Made by a program: the position numbers and the translations under genes. The notes under the pieces are model-generated. The model saw only the letters and a program-made list of their open reading frames with translations. It did not search any database and was not told the origin of the DNA. From the human T2T-CHM13v2.0 reference genome, Homo sapiens, in assembly GCF_009914755.1 (NCBI RefSeq), contig NC_060941.1: a DNA stretch of 64,000 nucleotides, one strand, 5' to 3'. Numbering within the stretch: the first letter of the stretch is position 1; each line of letters opens with the position of its first letter. This document shows positions 25,701 to 40,700 of this stretch, one piece after another.

Positions 25701-28700
25701 AACATTCCTTTGGATGGAGCAGGTTTGAGACACACTTTTTGTAGAATCTACAAGTGGATATTTGGACCTCTCTGAGGATTTCGTTGGAAACGGGATAACT
25801 GCACCTAACTAAACGGAAGCATTCTCAGAAACTTCTTGGTGATGTTTGCATTCAAATCCCAGAGTTGAACCTTCCTTTGATAGTTCAGGTTTGAAACACT
25901 CTTTTTGTAGGATCTGCAAGTGGATATTTGGACCACTCTGTGGCCTTCGTTCGAAACGGGTATATCTTCGCATAAAATCTAGACAGAAGCCTTCTCAGAA
26001 ACTTCTCTGTGATGATTGCATTCAACTCACAGAGTTGAACCCTCCTATGGATAGAGCAGTGTTGAAACTCTCTTTTTGTGGAATCTGCAAGTGGATATGT
26101 GGACCTCTCCGAAGATGTCTTTGGAAACGGGAATATCTTCACATAAAAACTAAACAGAAGCATTCTCAGAAACTTCTCTGTGATGTTTGTGTTCAACTCC
26201 CAGAGTTTCACATTGCTTTTCATAGAGTAGTTCTGAAACATGCTTTTCGTAGTGTCTACAAGTGGACATTTGGAGCGCTTTCAGGCCTGTGGTGGAAAAC
26301 GAATTATGGTCACATAAAAACTGGAGAGAAGCATTGTCAGAAACTTCTTTGTGATGATTGCATTCAACTCACAGAGTTGAAGGTTCCTTTTCAAAGAGCA
26401 GTTTCCAATCACTCTTTGTGTGGAATCTGCAAGTGGATATTTGGACCTATTTTGAAGATTTCGTTGGAAACGGGAGAATCTTCACAGGAAAGCTAAACAG
26501 AAGCATTCTCAGAAACTTCTTTGTGATGCTTGCATTCAACTCACAGAGTTGAACTTTCCTTTCGAGAGAGAAGCTTTGAAACACTCTTTTTCCAGAATCT
26601 GCAAGTGGACATTTGGAGGGCTTTGAGGCCTGTGGTGGAAAAGGAATTATCTTCCCGTAAAAGCTAGATAGAAGCATTCTCAGAAACTACTTTGTGATGA
26701 TTGCATTCAAGTCACAGAGTTGAACATTCCCTTTGACAGAGCAGTTTGGAAACTCTCTTTGTGTAGAATCTGCAAGTGGAGATATGGACCGCTTTGAGGC
26801 CTATGGTAGTAAAGGAAATAGCTTCATATAAAAGCTAGACAGTAGCATTCACAGAAAACTCTTGGTGACGACTGAGTTTAACTCACAGAGCTGAACATTC
26901 CTTTGGATGGAGCAGTTTCGAAACACACTATTTGTAGAATGTGCAAGTGGATATTTAGGCCTCTCTGAGGATTTCGTTGGAAACGGGATAAACCGCACAG
27001 AACTAAACAGAAGCATTCTCAGAACCTTCTTCGTGATGTTTGCATTCAACTCACAGTGTTGAACCTTTCTTTGATAGTTCAGGTTTGAAACGGTCTTTCT
27101 GTAGAAACTGCAAGTAGATATTTGGACCGCTCTGAGGATTTCGTTGGAAACGGGATAACCCGCACAGAACTAAAACAGAAGCATTCTCAGAACCCTCTTC
27201 GTGATGTTTGCATTCAACTCACAGTGCTGAACCATTCTTTGATAGTTCAGCTTTGAAACACTCTTTTTGTAGAAACTGCAAGTGGATATTTGGTCCTCTC
27301 TGAGCATTTCGTTGGAAACGGGATAAACTGCACAGACCTAAACAGAAGCATTCTCAGAACCTTCTTCGTGATGTCTGCATTCAACTCACAGTGTGGAACC
27401 TTTCTTTGATAGTTCAGGTTTGAAACACTCTTTTTGTAGAAACTGCAAGGGGATAATTGCACTCTTTGAGGAGTACCGTAATAAAGGAAATAACTTCCTA
27501 TAAAAAGAAGACAGAAGCTTTCTCAGAAAATTCTTTGGGATGATTGAGTTGAACTCACAGAGCTGAGCATTCCTTGCGATGTAGCAGTTTAGAAACACAC
27601 TTTCTGCAGAATCTGCAAGTGCATATTTGGACCTCTGTGAGGAATTCGTTGGAAACGGGATAATTTCAGCTGACTAAACAGAAGCAGTCTCAGAATCTTC
27701 TTTGTGATGTTTGCATTCAAATCCCCGAGTTGAACTTTCCTTTCAAAGTTCACGTTTGAAACACTCTTTTTGCAGGATCTACAAGTGGATATTTGGACCA
27801 CTCTGTGTCCTTCGTTCGAAACGGGTATATCTTCACATGACATCTAGACAGAAGCATCCTCAGAAGCTTCTCTGTGATGACTGCATTCAACTCACGGAGT
27901 TGAACACTCCTTTTGAGAGCGCAGTTTTGAAACTCTCTTTCTGTGGCATCTGCAAGGGGACATGTAGACCTCTTTGAAGATTTCGTTGGAAACGGAATCA
28001 TCTTCACATAAAAACTACACAGATGCATTCTCAGGAACTTTTTGGTGATGTTTGTATTCAACTCCCAGAGTTGAACTTTCCTTTGGAAAGAGCAGCTATG
28101 AAACACTGTTTTTCTAGAATCTGCAAGTGGACGTTTGGAGGGCTTTGTGGTTTGTGGTGGAAAAGGAAATATCTTCACCTAAATACTAGATAGAAGCATT
28201 CTCAGAAACTGCTTTGTGATGATTGCATTCACCTCACAGAGTTGAACATTCCTATTGATAGAGCAGTTTGGAAACACTCTTGTTGTGGAATGTGCAAGTG
28301 GAGATTTGGAGCGCTTTGAGGCCTATGGTAGTAAAGGGAATAGCTTCATAGAAAAACTAGACAGAAGCATTCTCAGAAAATACTTTGTGATGATTGAGTT
28401 TAACTCACAGAGCTGAACATTCCTTTGGATGGAGCAGGTTTGAGACACACTTTTTGTAGAATCTACAAGTGGATATTTGGACCTCTCTGAGGATTTCGTT
28501 GGAAACGGGATAACTGCACCTAACTAAACGGAAGCATTCTCAGAAACTTCTTGGTGATGTTTGCATTCAAATCCCAGAGTTGAACCTTCCTTTGATAGTT
28601 CAGGTTTGAAACACTCTTTTTGTAGGATCTGCAAGTGGATATTTGGACCACTCTGTGGCCTTCGTTCGAAACGGGTATATCTTCGCATAAAATCTAGACA

Positions 28701-31700
28701 GAAGCCTTCTCAGAAACTTCTCTGTGATGATTGCATTCAACTCACAGAGTTGAACCCTCCTATGGATAGAGCAGTGTTGAAACTCTCTTTTTGTGGAATC
28801 TGCAAGTGGATATGTGGACCTCTCCGAAGATGTCTTTGGAAACGGGAATATCTTCACATAAAAACTAAACAGAAGCATTCTCAGAAACTTCTCTGTGATG
28901 TTTGTGTTCAACTCCCAGAGTTTCACATTGCTTTTCATAGAGTAGTTCTGAAACATGCTTTTCGTAGTGTCTACAAGTGGACATTTGGAGCGCTTTCAGG
29001 CCTGTGGTGGAAAACGAATTATGGTCACATAAAAACTGGAGAGAAGCATTGTCAGAAACTTCTTTGTGATGATTGCATTCAACTCACAGAGTTGAAGGTT
29101 CCTTTTCAAAGAGCAGTTTCCAATCACTCTTTGTGTGGAATCTGCAAGTGGATATTTGGACCTATTTTGAAGATTTCGTTGGAAACGGGAGAATCTTCAC
29201 AGGAAAGCTAAACAGAAGCATTCTCAGAAACTTCTTTGTGATGCTTGCATTCAACTCACAGAGTTGAACTTTCCTTTCGAGAGAGAAGCTTTGAAACACT
29301 CTTTTTCCAGAATCTGCAAGTGGACATTTGGAGGGCTTTGAGGCCTGTGGTGGAAAAGGAATTATCTTCCCGTAAAAGCTAGATAGAAGCATTCTCAGAA
29401 ACTACTTTGTGATGATTGCATTCAAGTCACAGAGTTGAACATTCCCTTTGACAGAGCAGTTTGGAAACTCTCTTTGTGTAGAATCTGCAAGTGGAGATAT
29501 GGACCGCTTTGAGGCCTATGGTAGTAAAGGAAATAGCTTCATATAAAAGCTAGACAGTAGCATTCACAGAAAACTCTTGGTGACGACTGAGTTTAACTCA
29601 CAGAGCTGAACATTCCTTTGGATGGAGCAGTTTCGAAACACACTATTTGTAGAATGTGCAAGTGGATATTTAGGCCTCTCTGAGGATTTCGTTGGAAACG
29701 GGATAAACCGCACAGAACTAAACAGAAGCATTCTCAGAACCTTCTTCGTGATGTTTGCATTCAACTCACAGTGTTGAACCTTTCTTTGATAGTTCAGGTT
29801 TGAAACGGTCTTTCTGTAGAAACTGCAAGTCGATATTTGGACCGCTCTGAGGATTTCGTTGGAAACGGGATAACCCGCACAGAACTAAAACAGAAGCATT
29901 CTCAGAACCCTCTTCGTGATGTTTGCATTCAACTCACAGTGCTGAACCTTTCTTTGATAGTTCAGCTTTGAAACACTCTTTTTGTAGAAACTGCAAGTGG
30001 ATATTTGGTCCTCTCTGAGCATTTCGTTGGAAACGGGATAAACTGCACAGAACTAAACAGAAGCATTCTCAGAACCTTCTTCGTGATGTCTGCATTCAAC
30101 TCACAGTGTGGAACCTTTCTTTGATAGTTCAGGTTTGAAACACTCTTTTTGTAGAAACTGCAAGGGGATCATTGCACTCTTTGAGGAGTACCGTAGTAAA
30201 GGAAATAACTTCCTATAAAAAGAAGACAGAAGCTTTCTCAGAAAATTCTTTGGGATGATTGAGTTGAACTCACAGAGCTGAGCATTCCTTGCGATGTAGC
30301 AGTTTAGAAACACACTTTCTGCAGAATCTGCAAGTGCATATTTGGACCTCTGTGAGGAATTCGTTGGAAACGGGATAATTTCAGCTGACTAAACAGAAGC
30401 AGTCTCAGAATCTTCTTTGTGATGTTTGCATTCAAATCCCCGAGTTGAACTTTCCTTTCAAAGTTCACGTTTGAAACACTCTTTTTGCAGGATCTACAAG
30501 TGGATATTTGGACCACTCTGTGTCCTTCGTTCGAAACGGGTATATCTTCACATGACATCTAGACAGAAGCATCCTCAGAAGCTTCTCTGTGATGACTGCA
30601 TTCAACTCACGGAGTTGAACACTCCTTTTGAGAGCGCAGTTTTGAAACTCTCTTTCTGTGGCATCTGCAAGGGGACATGTAGACCTCTTTGAAGATTTCG
30701 TTGGAAACGGAATCATCTTCACATAAAAACTACACAGATGCATTCTCAGGAACTTTTTGGTGATGTTTGTATTCAACTCCCAGAGTTGAACTTTCCTTTG
30801 GAAAGAGCAGCTATGAAACACTCTTTTTCTAGAATCTGCAAGTGGACGTTTGGAGGGCTTTGTGGTTTGTGGTGGAAAAGGAAATATCTTCACCTAAATA
30901 CTAGATAGAAGCATTCTCAGAAACTGCTTTGTGATGATTGCATTCACCTCACAGAGTTGAACATTCCTATTGATAGAGCAGTTTGGAAACACTCTTGTTG
31001 TGGAATGTGCAAGTGGAGATTTGGAGCGCTTTGAGGCCTATGGTAGTAAAGGGAATAGCTTCATAGAAAAACTAGACAGAAGCATTCTCAGAAAATACTT
31101 TGTGATGATTGAGTTTAACTCACAGAGCTGAACATTCCTTTGGATGGAGCAGGTTTGAGACACACTTTTTGTAGAATCTACAAGTGGATATTTGGACCTC
31201 TCTGAGGATTTCGTTGGAAACGGGATAACTGCACCTAACTAAACGGAAGCATTCTCAGAAACTTCTTGGTGATGTTTGCATTCAAATCCCAGAGTTGAAC
31301 CTTCCTTTGATAGTTCAGGTTTGAAACACTCTTTTTGTAGGATCTGCAAGTGGATATTTGGACCACTCTGTGGCCTTCGTTCGAAACGGGTATATCTTCG
31401 CATAAAATCTAGACAGAAGCCTTCTCAGAAACTTCTCTGTGATGATTGCATTCAACTCACAGAGTTGAACCCTCCTATGGATAGAGCAGTGTTGAAACTC
31501 TCTTTTTGTGGAATCTGCAAGTGGATATGTGGACCTCTCCGAAGATGTCTTTGGAAACGGGAATATCTTCACATAAAAACTAAACAGAAGCATTCTCAGA
31601 AACTTCTCTGTGATGTTTGTGTTCAACTCCCAGAGTTTCACATTGCTTTTCATAGAGTAGTTCTGAAACATGCTTTTCGTAGTGTCTACAAGTGGACATT

Positions 31701-34700
31701 TGGAGCGCTTTCAGGCCTGTGGTGGAAAACGAATTATGGTCACATAAAAACTGGAGAGAAGCATTGTCAGAAACTTCTTTGTGATGATTGCATTCAACTC
31801 ACAGAGTTGAAGGTTCCTTTTCAAAGAGCAGTTTCCAATCACTCTTTGTGTGGAATCTGCAAGTGGATATTTGGACCTATTTTGAAGATTTCGTTGGAAA
31901 CGGGAGAATCTTCACAGGAAAGCTAAACAGAAGCATTCTCAGAAACTTCTTTGTGATGCTTGCATTCAACTCACAGAGTTGAACTTTCCTTTCGAGAGAG
32001 AAGCTTTGAAACACTCTTTTTCCAGAATCTGCAAGTGGACATTTGGAGGGCTTTGAGGCCTGTGGTGGAAAAGGAATTATCTTCCCGTAAAAGCTAGATA
32101 GAAGCATTCTCAGAAACTACTTTGTGATGATTGCATTCAAGTCACAGAGTTGAACATTCCCTTTGACAGAGCAGTTTGGAAACTCTCTTTGTGTAGAATC
32201 TGCAAGTGGAGATATGGACCGCTTTGAGGCCTATGGTAGTAAAGGAAATAGCTTCATATAAAAGCTAGACAGTAGCATTCACAGAAAACTCTTGGTGACG
32301 ACTGAGTTTAACTCACAGAGCTGAACATTCCTTTGGATGGAGCAGTTTCGAAACACACTATTTGTAGAATGTGCAAGTGGATATTTAGGCCTCTCTGAGG
32401 ATTTCGTTGGAAACGGGATAAACCGCACAGAACTAAACAGAAGCATTCTCAGAACCTTCTTCGTGATGTTTGCATTCAACTCACAGTGTTGAACCTTTCT
32501 TTGATAGTTCAGGTTTGAAACGGTCTTTCTGTAGAAACTGCAAGTAGATATTTGGACCGCTCTGAGGATTTCGTTGGAAACGGGATAACCCGCACAGAAC
32601 TAAAACAGAAGCATTCTCAGAACCCTCTTCGTGATGTTTGCATTCAACTCACAGTGCTGAACCTTTCTTTGATAGTTCAGCTTTGAAACACTCTTTTTGT
32701 AGAAACTGCAAGTGGATATTTGGTCCTCTCTGAGCATTTCGTTGGAAACGGCATAAACTGCACAGAACTAAACAGAAGCATTCTCAGAACCTTCTTCGTG
32801 ATGTCTGCATTCAACTCACAGTGTGGAACCTTTCTTTGATAGTTCAGGTTTGAAACACTCTTTTTGTAGAAACTGCAAGGGGATCATTGCACTCTTTGAG
32901 GAGTACCGTAGTAAAGGAAATAACTTCCTATAAAAAGAAGACAGAAGCTTTCTCAGAAAATTCTTTGGGATGATTGAGTTGAACTCACAGAGCTGAGCAT
33001 TCCTTGCGATGTAGCAGTTTAGAAACACACTTTCTGCAGAATCTGCAAGTGCATATTTGGACCTCTGTGAGGAATTCGTTGGAAACGGGATAATTTCAGC
33101 TGACTAAACAGAAGCAGTCTCAGAATCTTCTTTGTGATGTTTGCATTCAAATCCCCGAGTTGAACTTTCCTTTCAAAGTTCACGTTTGAAACACTCTTTT
33201 TGCAGGATCTACAAGTGGATATTTGGACCACTCTGTGTCCTTCGTTCGAAACGGGTATATCTTCACATGACATCTAGACAGAAGCATCCTCAGAAGCTTC
33301 TCTGTGATGACTGCATTCAACTCACGGAGTTGAACACTCCTTTTGAGAGCGCAGTTTTGAAACTCTCTTTCTGTGGCATCTGCAAGGGGACATGTAGACC
33401 TCTTTGAAGATTTCGTTGGAAACGGAATCATCTTCACATAAAAACTACACAGATGCATTCTCAGGAACTTTTTGGTGATGTTTGTATTCAACTCCCAGAG
33501 TTGAACTTTCCTTTGGAAAGAGCAGCTATGAAACACTCTTTTTCTAGAATCTGCAAGTGGACGTTTGGAGGGCTTTGTGGTTTGTGGTGGAAAAGGAAAT
33601 ATCTTCACCTAAATACTAGATAGAAGCATTCTCAGAAACTGCTTTGTGATGATTGCATTCACCTCACAGAGTTGAACATTCCTATTGATAGAGCAGTTTG
33701 GAAACACTCTTGTTGTGGAATGTGCAAGTGGAGATTTGGAGCGCTTTGAGGCCTATGGTAGTAAAGGGAATAGCTTCATAGAAAAACTAGACAGAAGCAT
33801 TCTCAGAAAATACTTTGTGATGATTGAGTTTAACTCACAGAGCTGAACATTCCTTTGGATGGAGCAGGTTTGAGACACACTTTTTGTAGAATCTACAAGT
33901 GGATATTTGGACCTCTCTGAGGATTTCGTTGGAAACGGGATAACTGCACCTAACTAAACGGAAGCATTCTCAGAAACTTCTTGGTGATGTTTGCATTCAA
34001 ATCCCAGAGTTGAACCTTCCTTTGATAGTTCAGGTTTGAAACACTCTTTTTGTAGGATCTGCAAGTGGATATTTGGACCACTCTGTGGCCTTCGTTCGAA
34101 ACGGGTATATCTTCGCATAAAATCTAGACAGAAGCCTTCTCAGAAACTTCTCTGTGATGATTGCATTCAACTCACAGAGTTGAACCCTCCTATGGATAGA
34201 GCAGTGTTGAAACTCTCTTTTTGTGGAATCTGCAAGTGGATATGTGGACCTCTCCGAAGATGTCTTTGGAAACGGGAATATCTTCACATAAAAACTAAAC
34301 AGAAGCATTCTCAGAAACTTCTCTGTGATGTTTGTGTTCAACTCCCAGAGTTTCACATTGCTTTTCATAGAGTAGTTCTGAAACATGCTTTTCGTAGTGT
34401 CTACAAGTGGACATTTGGAGCGCTTTCAGGCCTGTGGTGGAAAACGAATTATGGTCACATAAAAACTGGAGAGAAGCATTGTCAGAAACTTCTTTGTGAT
34501 GATTGCATTCAACTCACAGAGTTGAAGGTTCCTTTTCAAAGAGCAGTTTCCAATCACTCTTTGTGTGGAATCTGCAAGTGGATATTTGGACCTATTTTGA
34601 AGATTTCGTTGGAAACGGGAGAATCTTCACAGGAAAGCTAAACAGAAGCATTCTCAGAAACTTCTTTGTGATGCTTGCATTCAACTCACAGAGTTGAACT

Positions 34701-37700
34701 TTCCTTTCGAGAGAGAAGCTTTGAAACACTCTTTTTCCAGAATCTGCAAGTGGACATTTGGAGGGCTTTGAGGCCTGTGGTGGAAAAGGAATTATCTTCC
34801 CGTAAAAGCTAGATAGAAGCATTCTCAGAAACTACTTTGTGATGATTGCATTCAAGTCACAGAGTTGAACATTCCCTTTGACAGAGCAGTTTGGAAACTC
34901 TCTTTGTGTAGAATCTGCAAGTGGAGATATGGACCGCTTTGAGGCCTATGGTAGTAAAGGAAATAGCTTCATATAAAAGCTAGACAGTAGCATTCACAGA
35001 AAACTCTTGGTGACGACTGAGTTTAACTCACAGAGCTGAACATTCCTTTGGATGGAGCAGTTTCGAAACACACTATTTGTAGAATGTGCAAGTGGATATT
35101 TAGGCCTCTCTGAGGATTTCGTTGGAAACGGGATAAACCGCACAGAACTAAACAGAAGCATTCTCAGAACCTTCTTCGTGATGTTTGCATTCAACTCACA
35201 GTGTTGAACCTTTCTTTGATAGTTCAGGTTTGAAACGGTCTTTCTGTAGAAACTGCAAGTAGATATTTGGACCGCTCTGAGGATTTCGTTGGAAACGGGA
35301 TAACCCGCACAGAACTAAAACAGAAGCATTCTCAGAACCCTCTTCGTGATGTTTGCATTCAACTCACAGTGCTGAACCTTTCTTTGATAGTTCAGCTTTG
35401 AAACACTCTTTTTGTAGAAACTGCAAGTGGATATTTGGTCCTCTCTGAGCATTTCGTTGGAAACGGCATAAACTGCACAGAACTAAACAGAAGCATTCTC
35501 AGAACCTTCTTCGTGATGTCTGCATTCAACTCACAGTGTGGAACCTTTCTTTGATAGTTCAGGTTTGAAACACTCTTTTTGTAGAAACTGCAAGGGGATC
35601 ATTGCACTCTTTGAGGAGTACCGTAGTAAAGGAAATAACTTCCTATAAAAAGAAGACAGAAGCTTTCTCAGAAAATTCTTTGGGATGATTGAGTTGAACT
35701 CACAGAGCTGAGCATTCCTTGCGATGTAGCAGTTTAGAAACACACTTTCTGCAGAATCTGCAAGTGCATATTTGGACCTCTGTGAGGAATTCGTTGGAAA
35801 CGGGATAATTTCAGCTGACTAAACAGAAGCAGTCTCAGAATCTTCTTTGTGATGTTTGCATTCAAATCCCCGAGTTGAACTTTCCTTTCAAAGTTCACGT
35901 TTGAAACACTCTTTTTGCAGGATCTACAAGTGGATATTTGGACCACTCTGTGTCCTTCGTTCGAAACGGGTATATCTTCACATGACATCTAGACAGAAGC
36001 ATCCTCAGAAGCTTCTCTGTGATGACTGCATTCAACTCACGGAGTTGAACACTCCTTTTGAGAGCGCAGTTTTGAAACTCTCTTTCTGTGGCATCTGCAA
36101 GGGGACATGTAGACCTCTTTGAAGATTTCGTTGGAAACGGAATCATCTTCACATAAAAACTACACAGATGCATTCTCAGGAACTTTTTGGTGATGTTTGT
36201 ATTCAACTCCCAGAGTTGAACTTTCCTTTGGAAAGAGCAGCTATGAAACACTCTTTTTCTAGAATCTGCAAGTGGACGTTTGGAGGGCTTTGTGGTTTGT
36301 GGTGGAAAAGGAAATATCTTCACCTAAATACTAGATAGAAGCATTCTCAGAAACTGCTTTGTGATGATTGCATTCACCTCACAGAGTTGAACATTCCTAT
36401 TGATAGAGCAGTTTGGAAACACTCTTGTTGTGGAATGTGCAAGTGGAGATTTGGAGCGCTTTGAGGCCTATGGTAGTAAAGGGAATAGCTTCATAGAAAA
36501 ACTAGACAGAAGCATTCTCAGAAAATACTTTGTGATGATTGAGTTTAACTCACAGAGCTGAACATTCCTTTGGATGGAGCAGGTTTGAGACACACTTTTT
36601 GTAGAATCTACAAGTGGATATTTGGACCTCTCTGAGGATTTCGTTGGAAACGGGATAACTGCACCTAACTAAACGGAAGCATTCTCAGAAACTTCTTGGT
36701 GATGTTTGCATTCAAATCCCAGAGTTGAACCTTCCTTTGATAGTTCAGGTTTGAAACACTCTTTTTGTAGGATCTGCAAGTGGATATTTGGACCACTCTG
36801 TGGCCTTCGTTCGAAACGGGTATATCTTCGCATAAAATCTAGACAGAAGCCTTCTCAGAAACTTCTCTGTGATGATTGCATTCAACTCACAGAGTTGAAC
36901 CCTCCTATGGATAGAGCAGTGTTGAAACTCTCTTTTTGTGGAATCTGCAAGTGGATATGTGGACCTCTCCGAAGATGTCTTTGGAAACGGGAATATCTTC
37001 ACATAAAAACTAAACAGAAGCATTCTCAGAAACTTCTCTGTGATGTTTGTGTTCAACTCCCAGAGTTTCACATTGCTTTTCATAGAGTAGTTCTGAAACA
37101 TGCTTTTCGTAGTGTCTACAAGTGGACATTTGGAGCGCTTTCAGGCCTGTGGTGGAAAACGAATTATGGTCACATAAAAACTGGAGAGAAGCATTGTCAG
37201 AAACTTCTTTGTGATGATTGCATTCAACTCACAGAGTTGAAGGTTCCTTTTCAAAGAGCAGTTTCCAATCACTCTTTCTGTGGAATCTGCAAGTGGATAT
37301 TTGGACCTATTTTGAAGATTTCGTTGGAAACGGGAGAATCTTCACAGGAAAGCTAAACAGAAGCATTCTCAGAAACTTCTTTGTGATGCTTGCATTCAAC
37401 TCACAGAGTTGAACTTTCCTTTCGAGAGAGAAGCTTTGAAACACTCTTTTTCCAGAATCTGCAAGTGGACATTTGGAGGGCTTTGAGGCCTGTGGTGGAA
37501 AAGGAATTATCTTCCCGTAAAAGCTAGATAGAAGCATTCTCAGAAACTACTTTGTGATGATTGCATTCAAGTCACAGAGTTGAACATTCCCTTTGACACA
37601 GCAGTTTGGAAACTCTCTTTGTGTAGAATCTGCAAGTGGAGATATGGACCGCTTTGAGGCCTATGGTAGTAAAGGAAATAGCTTCATATAAAAGCTAGAC

Positions 37701-40700
37701 AGTAGCATTCACAGAAAACTCTTGGTGACGACTGAGTTTAACTCACAGAGCTGAACATTCCTTTGGATGGAGCAGTTTCGAAACACACTATTTGTAGAAT
37801 GTGCAAGTGGATATTTAGGCCTCTCTGAGGATTTCGTTGGAAACGGGATAAACCGCACAGAACTAAACAGAAGCATTCTCAGAACCTTCTTCGTGATGTT
37901 TGCATTCAACTCACAGTGTTGAACCTTTCTTTGATAGTTCAGGTTTGAAACGGTCTTTCTGTAGAAACTGCAAGTAGATATTTGGACCGCTCTGAGGATT
38001 TCGTTGGAAACGGGATAACCCGCACAGAACTAAAACAGAAGCATTCTCAGAACCCTCTTCGTGATGTTTGCATTCAACTCACAGTGCTGAACCTTTCTTT
38101 GATAGTTCAGCTTTGAAACACTCTTTTTGTAGAAACTGCAAGTGGATATTTGGTCCTCTCTGAGCATTTCGTTGGAAACGGCATAAACTGCACAGAACTA
38201 AACAGAAGCATTCTCAGAACCTTCTTCGTGATGTCTGCATTCAACTCACAGTGTGGAACCTTTCTTTGATAGTTCAGGTTTGAAACACTCTTTTTGTAGA
38301 AACTGCAAGGGGATCATTGCACTCTTTGAGGAGTACCGTAGTAAAGGAAATAACTTCCTATAAAAAGAAGACAGAAGCTTTCTCAGAAAATTCTTTGGGA
38401 TGATTGAGTTGAACTCACAGAGCTGAGCATTCCTTGCGATGTAGCAGTTTAGAAACACACTTTCTGCAGAATCTGCAAGTGCATATTTGGACCTCTGTGA
38501 GGAATTCGTTGGAAACGGGATAATTTCAGCTGACTAAACAGAAGCAGTCTCAGAATCTTCTTTGTGATGTTTGCATTCAAATCCCCGAGTTGAACTTTCC
38601 TTTCAAAGTTCACGTTTGAAACACTCTTTTTGCAGGATCTACAAGTGGATATTTGGACCACTCTGTGTCCTTCGTTCGAAACGGGTATATCTTCACATGA
38701 CATCTAGACAGAAGCATCCTCAGAAGCTTCTCTGTGATGACTGCATTCAACTCACGGAGTTGAACACTCCTTTTGAGAGCGCAGTTTTGAAACTCTCTTT
38801 CTGTGGCATCTGCAAGGGGACATGTAGACCTCTTTGAAGATTTCGTTGGAAACGGAATCATCTTCACATAAAAACTACACAGATGCATTCTCAGGAACTT
38901 TTTGGTGATGTTTGTATTCAACTCCCAGAGTTGAACTTTCCTTTGGAAAGAGCAGCTATGAAACACTCTTTTTCTAGAATCTGCAAGTGGACGTTTGGAG
39001 GGCTTTGTGGTTTGTGGTGGAAAAGGAAATATCTTCACCTAAATACTAGATAGAAGCATTCTCAGAAACTGCTTTGTGATGATTGCATTCACCTCACAGA
39101 GTTGAACATTCCTATTGATAGAGCAGTTTGGAAACACTCTTGTTGTGGAATGTGCAAGTGGAGATTTGGAGCGCTTTGAGGCCTATGGTAGTAAAGGGAA
39201 TAGCTTCATAGAAAAACTAGACAGAAGCATTCTCAGAAAATACTTTGTGATGATTGAGTTTAACTCACAGAGCTGAACATTCCTTTGGATGGAGCAGGTT
39301 TGAGACACACTTTTTGTAGAATCTACAAGTGGATATTTGGACCTCTCTGAGGATTTCGTTGGAAACGGGATAACTGCACCTAACTAAACGGAAGCATTCT
39401 CAGAAACTTCTTGGTGATGTTTGCATTCAAATGCCAGAGTTGAACCTTCCTTTGATAGTTCAGGTTTGAAACACTCTTTTTGTAGGATCTGCAAGTGGAT
39501 ATTTGGACCACTCTGTGGCCTTCGTTCGAAACGGGTATATCTTCGCATAAAATCTAGACAGAAGCCTTCTCAGAAACTTCTCTGTGATGATTGCATTCAA
39601 CTCACAGAGTTGAACCCTCCTATGGATAGAGCAGTGTTGAAACTCTCTTTTTGTGGAATCTGCAAGTGGATATGTGGACCTCTCCGAAGATGTCTTTGGA
39701 AACGGGAATATCTTCACATAAAAACTAAACAGAAGCATTCTCAGAAACTTCTCTGTGATGTTTGTGTTCAACTCCCAGAGTTTCACATTGCTTTTCATAG
39801 AGTAGTTCTGAAACATGCTTTTCGTAGTGTCTACAAGTGGACATTTGGAGCGCTTTCAGGCCTGTGGTGGAAAACGAATTATGGTCACATAAAAACTGGA
39901 GAGAAGCATTGTCAGAAACTTCTTTGTGATGATTGCATTCAACTCACAGAGTTGAAGGTTCCTTTTCAAAGAGCAGTTTCCAATCACTCTTTGTGTGGAA
40001 TCTGCAAGTGGATATTTGGACCTATTTTGAAGATTTCGTTGGAAACGGGAGAATCTTCACAGGAAAGCTAAACAGAAGCATTCTCAGAAACTTCTTTGTG
40101 ATGCTTGCATTCAACTCACAGAGTTGAACTTTCCTTTCGAGAGAGAAGCTTTGAAACACTCTTTTTCCAGAATCTGCAAGTGGACATTTGGAGGGCTTTG
40201 AGGCCTGTGGTGGAAAAGGAATTATCTTCCCGTAAAAGCTAGATAGAAGCATTCTCAGAAACTACTTTGTGATGATTGCATTCAAGTCACAGAGTTGAAC
40301 ATTCCCTTTGACAGAGCAGTTTGGAAACTCTCTTTGTGTAGAATCTGCAAGTGGAGATATGGACCGCTTTGAGGCCTATGGTAGTAAAGGAAATAGCTTC
40401 ATATAAAAGCTAGACAGTAGCATTCACAGAAAACTCTTGGTGACGACTGAGTTTAACTCACAGAGCTGAACATTCCTTTGGATGGAGCAGTTTCGAAACA
40501 CACTATTTGTAGAATGTGCAAGTGGATATTTAGGCCTCTCTGAGGATTTCGTTGGAAACGGGATAAACCGCACAGAACTAAACAGAAGCATTCTCAGAAC
40601 CTTCTTCGTGATGTTTGCATTCAACTCACAGTGTTGAACCTTTCTTTGATAGTTCAGGTTTGAAACGGTCTTTCTGTAGAAACTGCAAGTAGATATTTGG

